DNA of 64,000 bases from Massalongia carnosa (lineage: Eukaryota). Numbering within the stretch: the first letter of the stretch is position 1; each line of letters opens with the position of its first letter. The notes below the pieces were generated by a model. It had not been told where the DNA came from, made no database searches, and was given only the letters and a program-made list of their open reading frames with translations. Positions 12,639 through 24,953 of this stretch are shown piece after piece. Location: the NCBI GenBank assembly GCA_965645245.1, contig OZ287070.1, forward strand, positions 1,488,001 through 1,552,000, given 5' to 3'. The translations under genes and the position numbers were made by a program.

Positions 12639-13838
12639 ATGGGCACCATGACCTCAAACCTAGATCACACCGCGACCCCATCTCCATTACATTTACCTCG
12701 GATTAGCATACAATTTTGCACACAATGCAAATGGATGCTCCGGGCTGCCTACGTAAGTTGAGAGAAGATGCATTCCATCAACCAAGCCCCTTCAAATGAT
12801 CCAATTCCAATTTCTTGTCCACTGCAATCAATGCCCCCAACCAAGATACAACTACACCTCAAACGTCGATTCGACGTTTCACCCTACCCAAAAGACCCTC
12901 CCATCTAACCGTTAAGCCCCTGAAACTCAGGATCGCCACACCCTAGCTGTCCTTTTCCATCCCTGCAATGCACAAACTCTTGGTTTTGTTTGGGGAGATC
13001 ACTCGCCGAAGAATGTCTATCTTTTCATCTAGTTTTAAAATGTCTAGCATCCCATTTGTTTTCGAAGATTTTGCAACTTATACCCGATGTTTTTGTTTCT
13101 CATAACCTAAAACAAATGTACTCCATCCATTTCATCCGTCCCTCCGAGCTGAAACACGCCAGTTCGCGCAAGAACTCCTCTCCACGTTCTCCACGTTCCT
13201 AGGCGAGGTCGCTCTCGTTCCCTCCACTGGTGGCGTTTTCACAGTTGACATAACCCATACCTCTGTCCCGCAGCCTGGAAGGGAGGGTGCGGCCTCAGAA
13301 GAGGCAAATGAAGGAGTATTTACACAGACAACGCGCTTATGGGACCGAAAGACTGAAGGGGGCTTTCCTGGTGAGTTTACGATTGGGTCAGGCTCGGGGC
13401 GGGGACTTTCTGCAACAAGGCGAATTGCCTGCTTCAATAGTTAAGCAATTTGTCCCCCCGCCCATAAACACTATTCTAAAACTCCCCCACCATCCCGTTT
13501 ATATCACCCTAGCGTTTCTGCTCTAGAAGATTCAGCTAACCACTTTCCCCGCTCCAGAAACGAAAACCCTTAAAAAGCTTGTCCGTGACATCATCGACCC
13601 CTCCCGCGACCTGGGACATGTTGACCGACACCTCGCCCCCAAGTCTACCCTGGTTGCGTCCACGAGCTCCATGAGCAAAGAGAAGCCCAAAGCTCCGCAC
13701 AGCTCTCCACAAGACGAAGATGCGGCTCTAAACCCAGGGGCAGCTAGGCCTAGGCCTTTAGGTACAAAAGGAACGGAGGTGGAGCCTGAAAGTTCGTGTG
13801 ACGAGTGTGCAACGGCAACTAGGTCTCACGTAGACTAA
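12639..13838 (+). CDS. Rdx family (SelW/SelT/SelH-like) thioredoxin-fold protein, 3 exons
   Basis: Exon1 12639-12752 PRISIQFCTQCKWMLRAAY; exon2 13163-13370 FAQELLSTFSTFLGEVALVPSTGGVFTV...LWDRKTEGGFP; exon3 13558-13838 ETKTLKKLVRDIIDPSRDLGHVDRH...CDEC; canonical GTAAGT/GTGAGT donors and CAG acceptors. Confidence 0.9.
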
Positions 13839-14484
13839 TCCCGGACGATCAAGCCACTGCTTCCAAGTGTCCTCCCTAGCTGCTTCGTATGAGAAGAACA
13901 GGTCTTGCTTGCAATCAGGACATCTGCGCCACGCCCAAGACGGATAGACTGTGGTGTTCGAAAGACGATTACATTCATGGCGGGGCTTCGGGCGGCGATG
14001 GTGTTCCCTAGGAGGTTCTAGTCCTCTTTTGTAACAAATATGATGTTTCAGGGCACATGCAATACCGCTATGATGTTTAAGTAAAGATAATATGTCAAGA
14101 TATCATCCGCTAGATAGCGCTATCGCTTGCGGAGACAGTCTCGATCAGGTTTGGCTTCACGTGGATGAACAACGGAGTGAAAGGAAATGCGCAGGAACTG
14201 TTGATAGAATTTCTCCTACATAACAATACTCACCATAGGATTTACAATTGTCACAAGCGAACCTCTATTATCACATTACTAGAACAAGGTCTCTTTTCCA
14301 GACCCCATTTTCGGATCGGCTAGGGAAGCTGTTTACTTTCACCATGTAGTTGGGAAATTTTTTGAAGGCTTGAAGGCGGGTTTTTCTTATTTGTAAAACT
14401 ATCAAGGATATTCCGCGGCGGTATCGCACCATCGAGCAATAACCAAGCCTTTACTTTAAATACAAAACTTCAGCCAGCAGAAGT

Positions 14485-14525
14485 AGAAGAAGAAGAAGAA
14501 GAAGAAGAAGAAGAAGAAGAAGAAG
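14485..14525. repeat. (GAA)n microsatellite, about 13 units
   Basis: Perfect AGAAGA... run downstream of the GPCR stop. Confidence 0.95.
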
Positions 14526-14623
14526 CAACAATGTGAGACATTCTTTTTGTATTCCTTACTCTGCCTCGTGGGAAGGAATCCGTCAAACCCATCTAATAAC
14601 TCCATATCTACCACCTTATCCAC

Positions 14624-15908
14624 TTAGACCTTTCCTCCATTCCGAGCATCTTTTCCTGCAAGCCCCTGTACACTATCGCTCCACTCCCTCACCCCCAAGC
14701 ATTGCTCCCTCGGCGGATGCACAGGCGCTAGAGAAGGTGTGGACGCTAGAGCCAGTCTCCCCTGGGAAGCAGTGCTACTGCCAGCATGATGCCGGACATG
14801 CTTGGTAAAGACCTCTTGCACCGCGATTCGTGAGACGATGAGATAGATGACTGAGTTCCAAAAGCCCATCAGGGGCAAGACCATTCCCGCGACGATGGTG
14901 AGGCTATAGGAGACGCGATCCGGGTAAATAAGCGTGTATAAGCGGTCCGCGGATGATGGCATCTGTGGATGTTTTCAACGTTTTGGTCAAGCCCTGTTGG
15001 AAATAGAGGTCTAGCTTCGTAGCCAAGACGTACCCACGTGATGCATAGCGACATGAGAAAGAGGATTGCAGAGCGGGTATATACCCACGCGGCTTTATTT
15101 GCGTCCATGGCTGTGCTATCGTGGTGGCCGTGGATAGGATGGGCAAGCGTCCTGGTGAGGGAGGTTGGGTCTGAGTTGAAAGCGCGTAGCTGCTTCCGCT
15201 TAGAGAAAATTGTGCGGCCAGACACGATATAGATAATTGAGGCCACGATGATGCACACCCTAATCGCAAATCGATATTAAGCATAACTCGGGGGCGAACG
15301 GATGGAGTGAACGGACCATGCTGGGCCGTAGGTACACACGAAACGCATGAACTGCCACTCGATCGAAATCCAGCACCAAATCGTCGCTGGTCCGTACATG
15401 CGTCCTCGAGATTTGGTCTCGATGAAAATAAGGATGAAGGACCATATGAACGGCCCACCATAACAGGCTATGAGATATCTCCGCTCCAGAGCTCTCAGGT
15501 CCGCGGCGTTGTATTTACGAAAAACGGTCAAGTATACGTTGATCGCCATAGCGAGATTCCACATAACATCCGCGGGGAAGAACCTGCGAGGGTTTATAAA
15601 TCTCCTTCGTGTTTCTGTTGCTTATTCAAGACCGATGCTCACCATGAACATAGAAATGCCTGGAACTGGCAGAGCGGCGAGGTTTTCCCTGCTTGTATGG
15701 CAGCGTGCGAAGTCAGGGTCGCAATCGTGATTAACGTATTACCCCACGAGGCATAAAATATGAGCCTATTGATGGGCCTTCGAAATGCAGGCGAGAGTAA
15801 AAATGTAATGATAATGATAGAAGTGCCGAGCAACGAGAAGGCCGATGTCACTCTTTCAGTGGTCTCCAATGCGGTGATTTGCGCAGGAGTCAATTCGGAT
15901 TCTCTCAT
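14624..15908 (-). CDS. cAMP-receptor-like G-protein-coupled receptor (7TM), 4 exons
   Basis: ERVTSAFSLLGTSIIIITF...FRRPINRLIFYASWGN; LCQFQAFL..W/FFPADVMWNLAMAINVYLTVF; RMYGPATIWCWI; ANKAAWVYTRSAILF; ITW/MPSSADRLY; VLPLMGFWNSVIY. Confidence 0.88.
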
Positions 15909-18432
15909 GATGAATGAAGGAACTTCGGCAGACTCACGTTCTTGAGACTCGGGAATTATTGAGGTTATTGAGGTCCATCAATGCTTTAAAGTAGGGTTCT
16001 AGAAGACAGTATAACTAGACACGACTGTTTTACATTCGGGCCGGCTTCAAAACAGAACACAAGCATTGGTATATTACAGATCTAGACATGGCGAATAGGA
16101 TGAAATCTCTCCCGTGCTTTCCAGGTTGATAACGACATCAAGGCTTGAATAGACAACTTCTGAAGTCGTTGCAAGCAGCAAGGTTGGAAAGCAGTCGCCA
16201 AAATAAGGGACGGAACGAATAAGCCACCACATTGGATACATGACGTAGGAATATTAAAGAGGGTAAAATGTCAGAAAGTAGGTGGCTTGAAGTAATTCAC
16301 AGAATGGCGGGCCAAAACACTCTTCTCTCCACATTCAAACAAATCCGGGGTTGTTTAAGCGAAGATCTCTGGATGGCATCATCCCGAGTGTTTAAACCGT
16401 TGCAGTTGATCGCCTCAAACCACTAATGATAGTCGGTAATGAAGAGAACCTCTGTGCTGTCCAATCGTGCCAATGTAGTTAAAAGAGCTAGGCCATGCAT
16501 CATGTCCCGCGCATGAATTTTCAAATCCAAAAAGGCAACCCGAAGGCGATCACTGATTCGTCAAGGAATTTTAACGAGGTGAAGTAACACAGCAGTTTTG
16601 CGAGTACGTTAACAGCACAAAACGATTTCTATTTGAGGAATAACAAATATACAAGTAATGGCCTTTGCGCCATGTGCCAGCCTCGCCTTGTTAGCCTTAT
16701 TGCGACCAAGATTATCCATGTGGGCTGAACCTTGCGTTGTTCTGAGTATGTATGTCTTATATTCTAGCGGCGAAGGGTCATCGCTCTAAGCGTATTATCT
16801 TGAACATGAGCGGAATCTCCTTAACTTCGTCGTCTCTGAAGCTTCTAAAGCATACCTAGAAAACCAATCAGTATATCATCCTTGCAGCCTTAACCAGCGG
16901 CGGCAAGATCTCCAGATTTTTGATGGAATTGGTTAGCTCGTTGGGAATGTCGTCCAGCTTGGCTGATCCACAACTGCTGGGCTTCTCGTAGTTTACCAGT
17001 CCAGGGGATTGCGTGCACAGTCTTTTTTTTGGTGGACTGCTATCTGTAGACTATCAAAGCAACCCAAACAGGGAACCCAGAATTGAATAAAAAGGGCGGT
17101 CGAATTTACTGCATGTTCATCAAAATGTATATCTAAGAAGAGTAAGCAGACCTTAAGACAGCTTTAGAAGGATTTAATGCATTCCATGGTAGATCAAGGC
17201 AAGATCAAAGGGTTAGGCTGTAGTGTCTGTCGGGCATAAGTTCTTTTGTACGACTAGGTAGTAGGTAACGATGCGATAGGTCTTAATTGTTAATAAACTT
17301 AGAAGATGAGACGCTGTTGGTAAGGCGAAATGACGTTCACGTCGAGGAAGAACTTGGTAAATTTAAAAAGTGCTCAACGAGTCTTCATACTTCTATCTCC
17401 ACCCTTGAACCGCCGAATCCCTTTTATTTTCCATCTTCACGATATCTAGAAGTGCTCTTGTTGAATCGGTTGTTACCCCCTATCCGTATCTTTATGTTCC
17501 GGCCCGAAACCCTTGACATGAAAGATTCCATGATCAAAAATTCTTATTTGAGTTTGAGTATAGTCCTCTAATCGCCATGGCTAGATGTGGCAAAAGGAGT
17601 AGTAAATAGCTGTCATTTTGTTTCCGCGATTTATTAATCCTTAGATGATGGAGTTCAAATTTACCCCCGGAAGACTATGGCGTGGCTATCCCCATGAATG
17701 AAGTTTTTTATTCATCGTCGTACGTGCTCTGCTGCTATTAAACAAGTACAAAATCGAAGCCTAAAGCCGTATCTTTTATAGGCTGGGTAGGTGACAGGTG
17801 AGCATGTCCTTGCCTCAAGACCGGGAAATGATCCCTTCTGCAAAGAACATGTAGGAGAACAGTGGTAAACTAAACTGATATTTCGGAAATTACAAAAAAG
17901 AGTTTCCTAGAATTCGGTCCTCCAATTTATAGAGTAGAAGGATGAATTCTGAAATTATAATTAAACGGTTCCCTACATCAGAAAATTGAGTTAATGACTT
18001 TAGCCTGCGACGCAGTCGAGCACTCCATTTATAGTTCTTTGACTCTTGCATGATCGGAACCTAGCTTTCTCGTGTCCGTTAAAATGTCCGAGTTAATAGT
18101 AGATAAGGAACGCCAGCAGAGGTTTTGATTTGTGGTATCACAATCGTTGGCCATACTAGGCCTTGTCTTGAAATATGAATAGGTCGTCCAGTGTTTCAGG
18201 GATCTCCATTGGAGAGATTTGTGAGTTTAGCTACAATACTACTTTCAAGGATCGAGAGATAAATTTAACGTCGTATCAATAATACGAGTTTACGTCAAAA
18301 CGTTTGGCGAAACTTATGAAGTTTCTCACTAGGCTCGAAGTAGCTAAATGACACTAGACGCCACGCGGCTGACAAAATAACCTTTACCCTACCAAATTCT
18401 CCCCCCTATTTACCATTCAACATCTCAACATT

Positions 18433-21250
18433 ATGGCTTTACAACGCCCTACCACCCCTAACTTGGAGCTCCGGGCTGCTAAAGCTCATTATTCTACTCC
18501 TACCAAAACTGCAGTTCGAAGCGCCGTTCATTTCGCTGAGCGAATGAATTTATCCTACAGAAAACAGGACGTTTTCGAAACATTCAACGTTAGTACAACG
18601 CGTGGCTATGATGATGATGATGATGATGTATTCATACTCCGATATGACACCGGCCGTAGGCCGGCCCATGCGGGCAAAGCTATCTAAGTTATGTTACATG
18701 GAAAACCTTTCACAGGTGTAAAAACCATGTCCCTTGATACCCGTCCGATGTGACTACGGGTCGACGTCGGGCGGGAGACGCAGTGCAAAAGACGTGTGGG
18801 AACTGTAATGCCTTGTGAAAAGAGAAGAAAGAAAGAAAGATTCAACTATTGTTGATTTTACAATAATGTTGATGCTAGTGAGAATTGATTCAATAAGCCT
18901 GTTTTCATTAGCCAAGCAGTTAGTATCTTCAGAGTTTTTGATGATTTGGTCAGCTGCTGATAGTCGCTCGTGCCGGCGGCGCGAAACATCTGTTCTCTAT
19001 TGTCAATAAGTCTGCAGAACATGATTACATGTTCTGGAGTTTGTCTGTGCCAGCCACATGAGCAGGCCGGTGAGGTGACGGAGGGCACCCGTCGCTTGTA
19101 GAGGAAGTCAGCTAACCCGATCTTGCCAGTGCGGATTTGAGTTGTTAGAGCGCTTTCTGCCTTTTTTAGCTGCGTGTGTATTTTCAGCCGTTTTTTGCTC
19201 AGTGGGACTGATTGTGCTATGGAGGGTTCGATGACGCGATTTTGATATGCGCACCACGAGTCGTTCCAGACCTTCATTTGTCGTGCTTTGATTGTTTGCA
19301 TCTGCTTGTGTCGGGCCGTTGCCGCAACGGTAGCTTCGCGGTGCCACGCCGGGTAGACTTCGAACCATGGTGGGTGTGCCTTTGGTGGTTGAACTATTTT
19401 TGAGTCGATCAGTAGGCTTTTGGCCCAGATGTGTTTCAGCTCTCCCGGGGTGGGCTTTTGAAGTCGTTTGCGACCTGCCTTGCCTCGAAGTTTGTCAGCT
19501 ATTTTGTTGCATGCGGAGGAGATGATCTTCAATTGGCCTCCGGCTCGGAGCCGGTTCCTTGCCTGTGCTTGTAGCATGTCGAGATGCGTGTCTATGGGCG
19601 CTATGAATGTCTCTGCTTCTAGTACTGAGATGGGAGTGGCTTTAAAGGCACCGGCTATGGTGCGAAGGCAATTGTTTTGCATGACGGAGAGCTTGCTCGT
19701 TGACGTTTTTGACTTTTTGACTTCTTTGGGCATGTGCCATACGGTTGACCCATATGTCATGGCCGGACGCACCACGGCACTGTAAACCTGCATTGCCTTG
19801 GCAAAGGTGGCACCCCAGGTTGATGTGGAAAATTTTGTCAATGCCATGGATTGTTTGACCATTTTCTCTTGCGTTTTACGAACGTGCGGTCCCCATTTCA
19901 ATTTGGTGTCGATTTGTAGGCCCAATACTCTGATGTCCGTTTTAGGTTCAATTTCGGTGCTAGCAATATTGATGGATGCAGTCATGTTGAATCTTTTGGG
20001 ATTTCTGGACAAGTGTATGAGTTCGTACTTCGTCGGAGCGAATACGGACCCGTGCCGGGAAGCCCACGTCTCACATTGTCTGTGTATTGCCTCTAGAGTT
20101 TTGCAGTTTTCCTCGGTGCTTTTTCCATATGCCAAAATGTTTGCGTCGTCTACGAATCCTATGGCACTTGTGTTTTTGCCTGGTCGATCACATATTTCCA
20201 ATAGATCTGCATTGTAAAATAGGTAAAGAATGGATGACAGGGGAGAGCCCTGCGGGATACCCGTTCTTACCGCAAACCGCCCGGTGAACGCGTGGCTATG
20301 AGATGCTTCGAAATAAATCTTATTCTTCTTCTTCTTGTCAATTTCATCATAATCCTGATGAAGAAGAAACTCGAGGAAGAAAACAGCTTATTTCTTCCGT
20401 CAAAACTCGGGAGATGGAACGTATTATAGAAGAAGAAGGAATTGAAGCTCGCTCCCTGACTTGGTAACAATTGGGCTACGAAGTGGGATTGGATTGTAGT
20501 GGTCGTACGGTGCAAAGAGCTATGGGGACAATGGATTATCATAAATGCGTGTCTTGCAAGAAGGGCTGGGTCAACCTCAAAACTGCTGCTAAAAGAGTTG
20601 AATGGTCAGAATTCATGTTGACCAGATATCCTAATTCAGAGGATTGGAATCGTGTACGATTTAGTGATGAGGTGCACTTTGGTTGGGGCCCACAAAGTAA
20701 ACTTCGCATCATTCGAAAACCGGGTCAACGATACTGTCAAGATTGCATTCAAAAGGAGCACATGCCAAATGAGAAGGATAAAAAGCGTCATCATTGCTGG
20801 GCAGCCGTCGGGAGTAGTTTCAAATAATTTATACATTTCTACGATGTGGCTGGCAATATCAATGGAAAAATGAGTCAGAAGGCATACATTGATCAAATTC
20901 TTGAGCCCGTCGTCAAGCCATGGCTTGATAATGGTCAGAATTTCGTGTTGGAAGAAGATGGAGACTCAGGTCATGGACCAGGCAAATCAAACGTCGTTTG
21001 TACGTGGAAGGAGAAGAATGGACTAGAGCATTATTTCAATTGTGCCTCATCTCCCGATTTATCCCCCATTGAAAATTGCTGGCAGCCCGTCAAACAGGAG
21101 CTCTACAAGTATCCTCATTGGGACGACGTGACCACCAAGAGCTTGATTTATGAGGGGTAGGAGCACGTGTCTCAGTCATTTATAGATGAAAAAGTAGCTA
21201 GCATGCCAGAAAGGCTAAAAGCGGTCATTGATAAAATAACTGGTTATTGA
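18433..21250 (+). pseudogene. DDE_3-like transposase of copy A, disrupted
   Basis: MALQRPTTP...VSTTRGY(E) resumes as EMLRNK after removing the LINE and one TSD copy; in-frame stops near 20465, 20825 and 21158 plus a frameshift. Confidence 0.88.
18612..20286 (-). mobile_element. 5'-truncated Tad1-like LINE (3' part of RT, C-terminal Cys/His motif, 3' UTR, (ATC)n tail)
   Basis: GIPQGSPLS...FVDD; CSCG..QTPEHVIMFC; 15-bp TSD AACGCGTGGCTATGA at 18597-18611 and 20287-20301; (GAT)n run on + strand from 18610. Confidence 0.95.
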
Positions 21251-21332
21251 TTGTACGTAGCAATGCAGAAAGGGATGGTTTTTGGTGGGGTAAATTTTTG
21301 GCCGATTCCCGGTTATTTTGTCAGCCGCGTGG

Positions 21333-21338
21333 ACGCGT
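21333..21338. promoter_or_regulatory. Candidate MCB (MluI cell-cycle box) upstream of RFC2
   Basis: ACGCGT about 90 nt upstream of the ATG of a DNA-replication gene; overlaps the transposon TSD. Confidence 0.45.
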
Positions 21339-21427
21339 CCTCGGGTATCTTCTGTCTAGAATCGTATAGTTTATCTTTTGTGCCTTAGGTACCTTGCTCT
21401 ATTCTTCATAGCTCTAAGTTTCTGGAT

Positions 21428-22801
21428 ATGTCAAACTTTTTTGATAATAAGGCTCGTGCCGCGGCTGCGGCAAGCAATGGTACATCTTCCTCTAAGGCCA
21501 CACCGCCTAAAGAAAATCAGAACCTCCAGCCATGGGTGGAGAAGTAGTATGTTGTCGAAGTAGAAAAAACCCCGTTACTGCAAAGCTAATGGCCAATCAG
21601 TCGTCCTAAGAGCTTAAAGGATGTCACAGCTCAGGATCATACCATTACTGTGCTGCAACGAACGCTGCAAGCATCTAACGTACGAGAGGGCTTGAGTTAA
21701 TGATCCAAAGTAAAGGCTAATGGGCGCTCTATGAAGCTCCCGCACATGCTATTCTATGGACCTCCTGGGACTGGCAAAACCTCCACCATTCTTGCTCTTG
21801 CTAAAGAGCTTTACGGCCCCGAGATGTTTAGAACTCGAGTCCTTGAGCTTAACGCTTCCGATGAGCGTGGTATTTCAATCGTAAGAGAAAAAGTCAAAGA
21901 TTTTGCAAGGATGCAGCTCTCAAATCCGCCTCCCCACTACAAAGACAAATACCCTTGCCCTCCTTATAAAATCATTATTCTGGATGAAGCAGATAGTATG
22001 ACGCAAGATGCGCAAAGCGCTTTAAGAAGAACCATGGAAACGTATAGCAAGATTACGCGCTTTTGTCTGATTTGCAATTATGTAACAAGAATTATTGATC
22101 CATTGGCTAGCAGGTGTAGTAAGTTTCGGTTCAAGGCATTAGATCAGGGAAATGCAAGAAAAAGGTTGGAGGACATTGCAGAAAATGAAGGCATGGAACT
22201 GGAGTCCGGGGCGGTGGAGACTTTGATTAAATGTAGCGATGGGGATCTCAGAAAGGCCATTACTTTCCTTCAAAGTGCAGCAAGATTAGTTGGCGCGACA
22301 AAAGCGCCTCAGCAAAAAAGCAATAGCAATACCAAAAGAAGACGAGTGGTGGAAGATGAAGATGATAACTTTGATGCCATGGATGTAGACAAAACCAACG
22401 AAGCTGTGGTGACGATCAGGAGTATTAAAGAAATCGCAGGAGTCATACCGAGCAAAGTTGTTAACGACTTGATCTTGGCCATGCAGCCGCGGTCTCGTGG
22501 AGCAGTTTACGAATCTGTTGCAAAGGTTATTACGGACCTGGTTGCAGATGGCTGGAGTGCCACGCAGATTGTCACGCAGGTAAGCTCTGCATTTTGTCCA
22601 CGTTGTATGCATTTAGGCTGAGCCTAGCCTTTCTAGCTCTATCAACAAATTCTATATAACGACGCCATCCCAAATAAGCAGAAGAGCAAGATCGTGATGA
22701 TCTTCTCCGAGGTTGACAAGCGACTTGTCGATGGTGCAGACGAGCATCTTACCATACTAGATTTATCCTTACGAGTATCGGGAGTTCTAGCTGAAGATTG
22801 A
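21428..22801 (+). CDS. RFC2: Replication factor C small subunit (yeast Rfc2 / human RFC4 type), 4 exons
   Basis: [65 protein letters not shown]; final exon [17 protein letters not shown]; stop TGA 22799-22801. Confidence 0.96.
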
Positions 22802-23705
22802 TGGAATGCACGTTCTAGCCTAACCACACCATGAAATATTTCATATTGCTGAATTGTACGGACGGTGAATAGACGGGAATCAACACCAAAAGGTCTTTGA
22901 AATCGCTTTCACGGCTGGGCGGCAATAGTCTTTCGGTGAGCTACCAAGGTTATCATACAAAGATACCTCCTATACCGTCGCAATACGAGATACTAGGATG
23001 GCCTTTTAATGGCTAGCGATAGCAACATTTACTTCAAACGGAAGCAAATGCCCCTAGAATTTGGCGACGCCTAGACATGTTGCTAGCAATGGCTTAATGT
23101 CCTTGTTATCCTACACGAGTCAGTTGCTTATCGAGTCGTTGCAAATTTAGCCCCTGATATAGCAGCGTTGCTTAAATATTTCGCACAATTCAGGACTGCT
23201 GATTATAGCACAAATACACAAAAGAAAGAAGACCCTATGGCCATGTGGTAGTTTACCTGATAGGGTGTGCTATTGAAGAATCTTCAATCCCTAGCATAGC
23301 TGCTAAATATATCAGCACACATCTCTATCACACCTCCTATACACTCGGTGTATGTATTAATAGGCAGCTACATCATCTATCTATTTTCCCACCTCAGACC
23401 GCTGAGTCTATACTTGTCGTGACGTCGCAGTTGAACTTCTCTTCGAGGGACCGCTGATCTAGAAGAGGGCGGAGTTATCATTACGACAAGTCATAGTTTG
23501 TTGTACATATCATTTAGTGCTCAGAAGCTACCATTGGCTTATACGCTGATGTTGTCACCACATTCACTTAGTATGTTTTGATTTGGTTCAATTTTGAGGC
23601 CAGATCAGACGTACAACACAACGTTGAGGCTCCATGAGGTGCAGGATGTTGTCCCGTATAAGCCGTTTCACGAGCCAAACCAACAACTTTCCGGCTTTCC
23701 TCAAA

Positions 23706-24953
23706 TCACATTGCCATGGCTGGCACAAAACCTACCCCTCGCAAGTGCTTGCTATTAGTATCGACTGCTTTTCTTCTCCCGATCGTCCCCCCAGCAGCCT
23801 GTGCGCTTTGGTTCTCTGCCTTCGCCTTCTTCACCGCCATCCTTTCATTGAGTTGTGCTGTGATTTCTAGCCTTTCATCTAATTCCCGTGCTTGATCGCT
23901 CAGGTCTGCCAACTTTAATGCCTCGCACACCTCCCCGTAGCTCCTGGCGACCGCAACCTTTTTAAATACATCCGATTTCCCCGACATGAGCTGCAAGAGC
24001 GAGAACTTGGTATTGCAGAACCTGTTGTCGACCTCCAGAGCGAGCTTTACGTATTCAGGGACCACTTCTTGCCATGGGAGCAAGCCGCCCTTTTCCGACG
24101 TGCGGAAACAGCTCGGGTTCGCTTCTGCGGCAGTGGCAATCATAGCGCCATCCACGCCATATTCCTCGATTAGCTGCAACGCTTCGTCTCTGTTCTTCAC
24201 GTCGCCATTCATGACACAGGCTACGCCTTCATCTCTGCATATTGCTGCTATCATGCGTAGTTGATCTCGTAGTGCTCGCTCCCTCGGTCGCATCGGCGTG
24301 GTGCGGCAATGCACCGTTAACCCTGTAATGCCCGTCCGACACAATCTCTTGATCAGCGCCTCGGTCTCCTCTGACGTCTCTAGCAACCTTATCTTAACGC
24401 TGATGCCAATCTCATAGACCTCGCCTACCTCTTTGACAAGAGCTGTCAATATCGACGCCAGCAGCTCCGGCGTCTGCAGTAACGCCGCACCCATACCCCC
24501 AGAGGTGGAAAACGGCTTTGGACATCCCGCATTGACGTCTATACCGGCGACATCCGCTGCCACAAGCTTCGCAGCCTCAACCGCCAACGCAGGCGATGAT
24601 GTTCCGATCTGGAAAATCAACCGTCCGCTCTCCCGCGCAGGGTGAAGGCGATATATGAGGCTTTCCCTCTGCACGGGAAGTAGGTTCTTAGGGCGGTTGG
24701 AGGGCATGCGCGTGAAGTCGATGGTAGAAGTGATAGGATTGATGCGCTTGGTGGTGCCGATCATGGACCTATCGACGGTTTCGGGGCCCCATACAAGGTC
24801 GGCCCCGTATTTGAGGGCGAGGAGGCGTGAGGGAAGTTCGCCGGAGCGGACCATGGGGGCGAGAACGATTTTGTTGCGGTAATCGACACCATTTTTGGGG
24901 ATTGGAACTCGTTTCGGGCTCGTGGCCATGATGGAGGAGATGGTTCGAAGCAT
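23706..24953 (-). CDS. DUS2: tRNA-dihydrouridine synthase 2 (Dus2/Smm1)
   Basis: LAPMVRSGELPSRLLALKYGADLVWGPE; IDVNAGCPKPFS..GGMGAALL; SVKIR; TVHCRT; NGDV; intronless; start could be the second ATG (MATSPK). Confidence 0.93.
   Translation of the reverse strand: MLRTISSIMATSPKRVPIPKNGVDYRNKIVLAPMVRSGELPSRLLALKYGADLVWGPETVDRSMIGTTKRINPITSTIDFTRMPSNRPKNLLPVQRESLIYRLHPARESGRLIFQIGTSSPALAVEAAKLVAADVAGIDVNAGCPKPFSTSGGMGAALLQTPELLASILTALVKEVGEVYEIGISVKIRLLETSEETEALIKRLCRTGITGLTVHCRTTPMRPRERALRDQLRMIAAICRDEGVACVMNGDVKNRDEALQLIEEYGVDGAMIATAAEANPSCFRTSEKGGLLPWQEVVPEYVKLALEVDNRFCNTKFSLLQLMSGKSDVFKKVAVARSYGEVCEALKLADLSDQARELDERLEITAQLNERMAVKKAKAENQSAQAAGGTIGRRKAVDTNSKHLRGVGFVPAMAM

Larger units (their letters stand above)
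18362..21331 (+). mobile_element. IS630/Tc1-type DNA transposon, copy A, interrupted by a LINE
   Basis: 21-bp perfect TIR CACGCGGCTGACAAAATAACC (18362-18382 and 21311-21331); direct repeat GACGC at 18357-18361 and 21332-21336; transposase motifs [22 protein letters not shown]. Confidence 0.92.

Noticed and set aside
12639..13838. Selenoprotein with UGA recoding
   Set aside because: The redox motif is encoded as Cys-x-x-Cys with no in-frame TGA; no SECIS recognised
11399..15908. G-gamma and GPCR as a functional signalling cluster
   Set aside because: Separated by an unrelated gene; proximity alone is not evidence without synteny
16850..17040. Short minus-strand reading SPPKKRLC...LDDIPNEL...LPPLVKAARMIY
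   Set aside because: No clear start, splice structure or recognisable family; cannot be supported without a search
18362..21331. Transib/RAG-like identity suggested by CAC termini and 5-bp TSD
   Set aside because: The encoded protein has Tc1/IS630 motifs ([12 protein letters not shown]) and is far shorter than Transib transposases; no RAG1-core motifs seen
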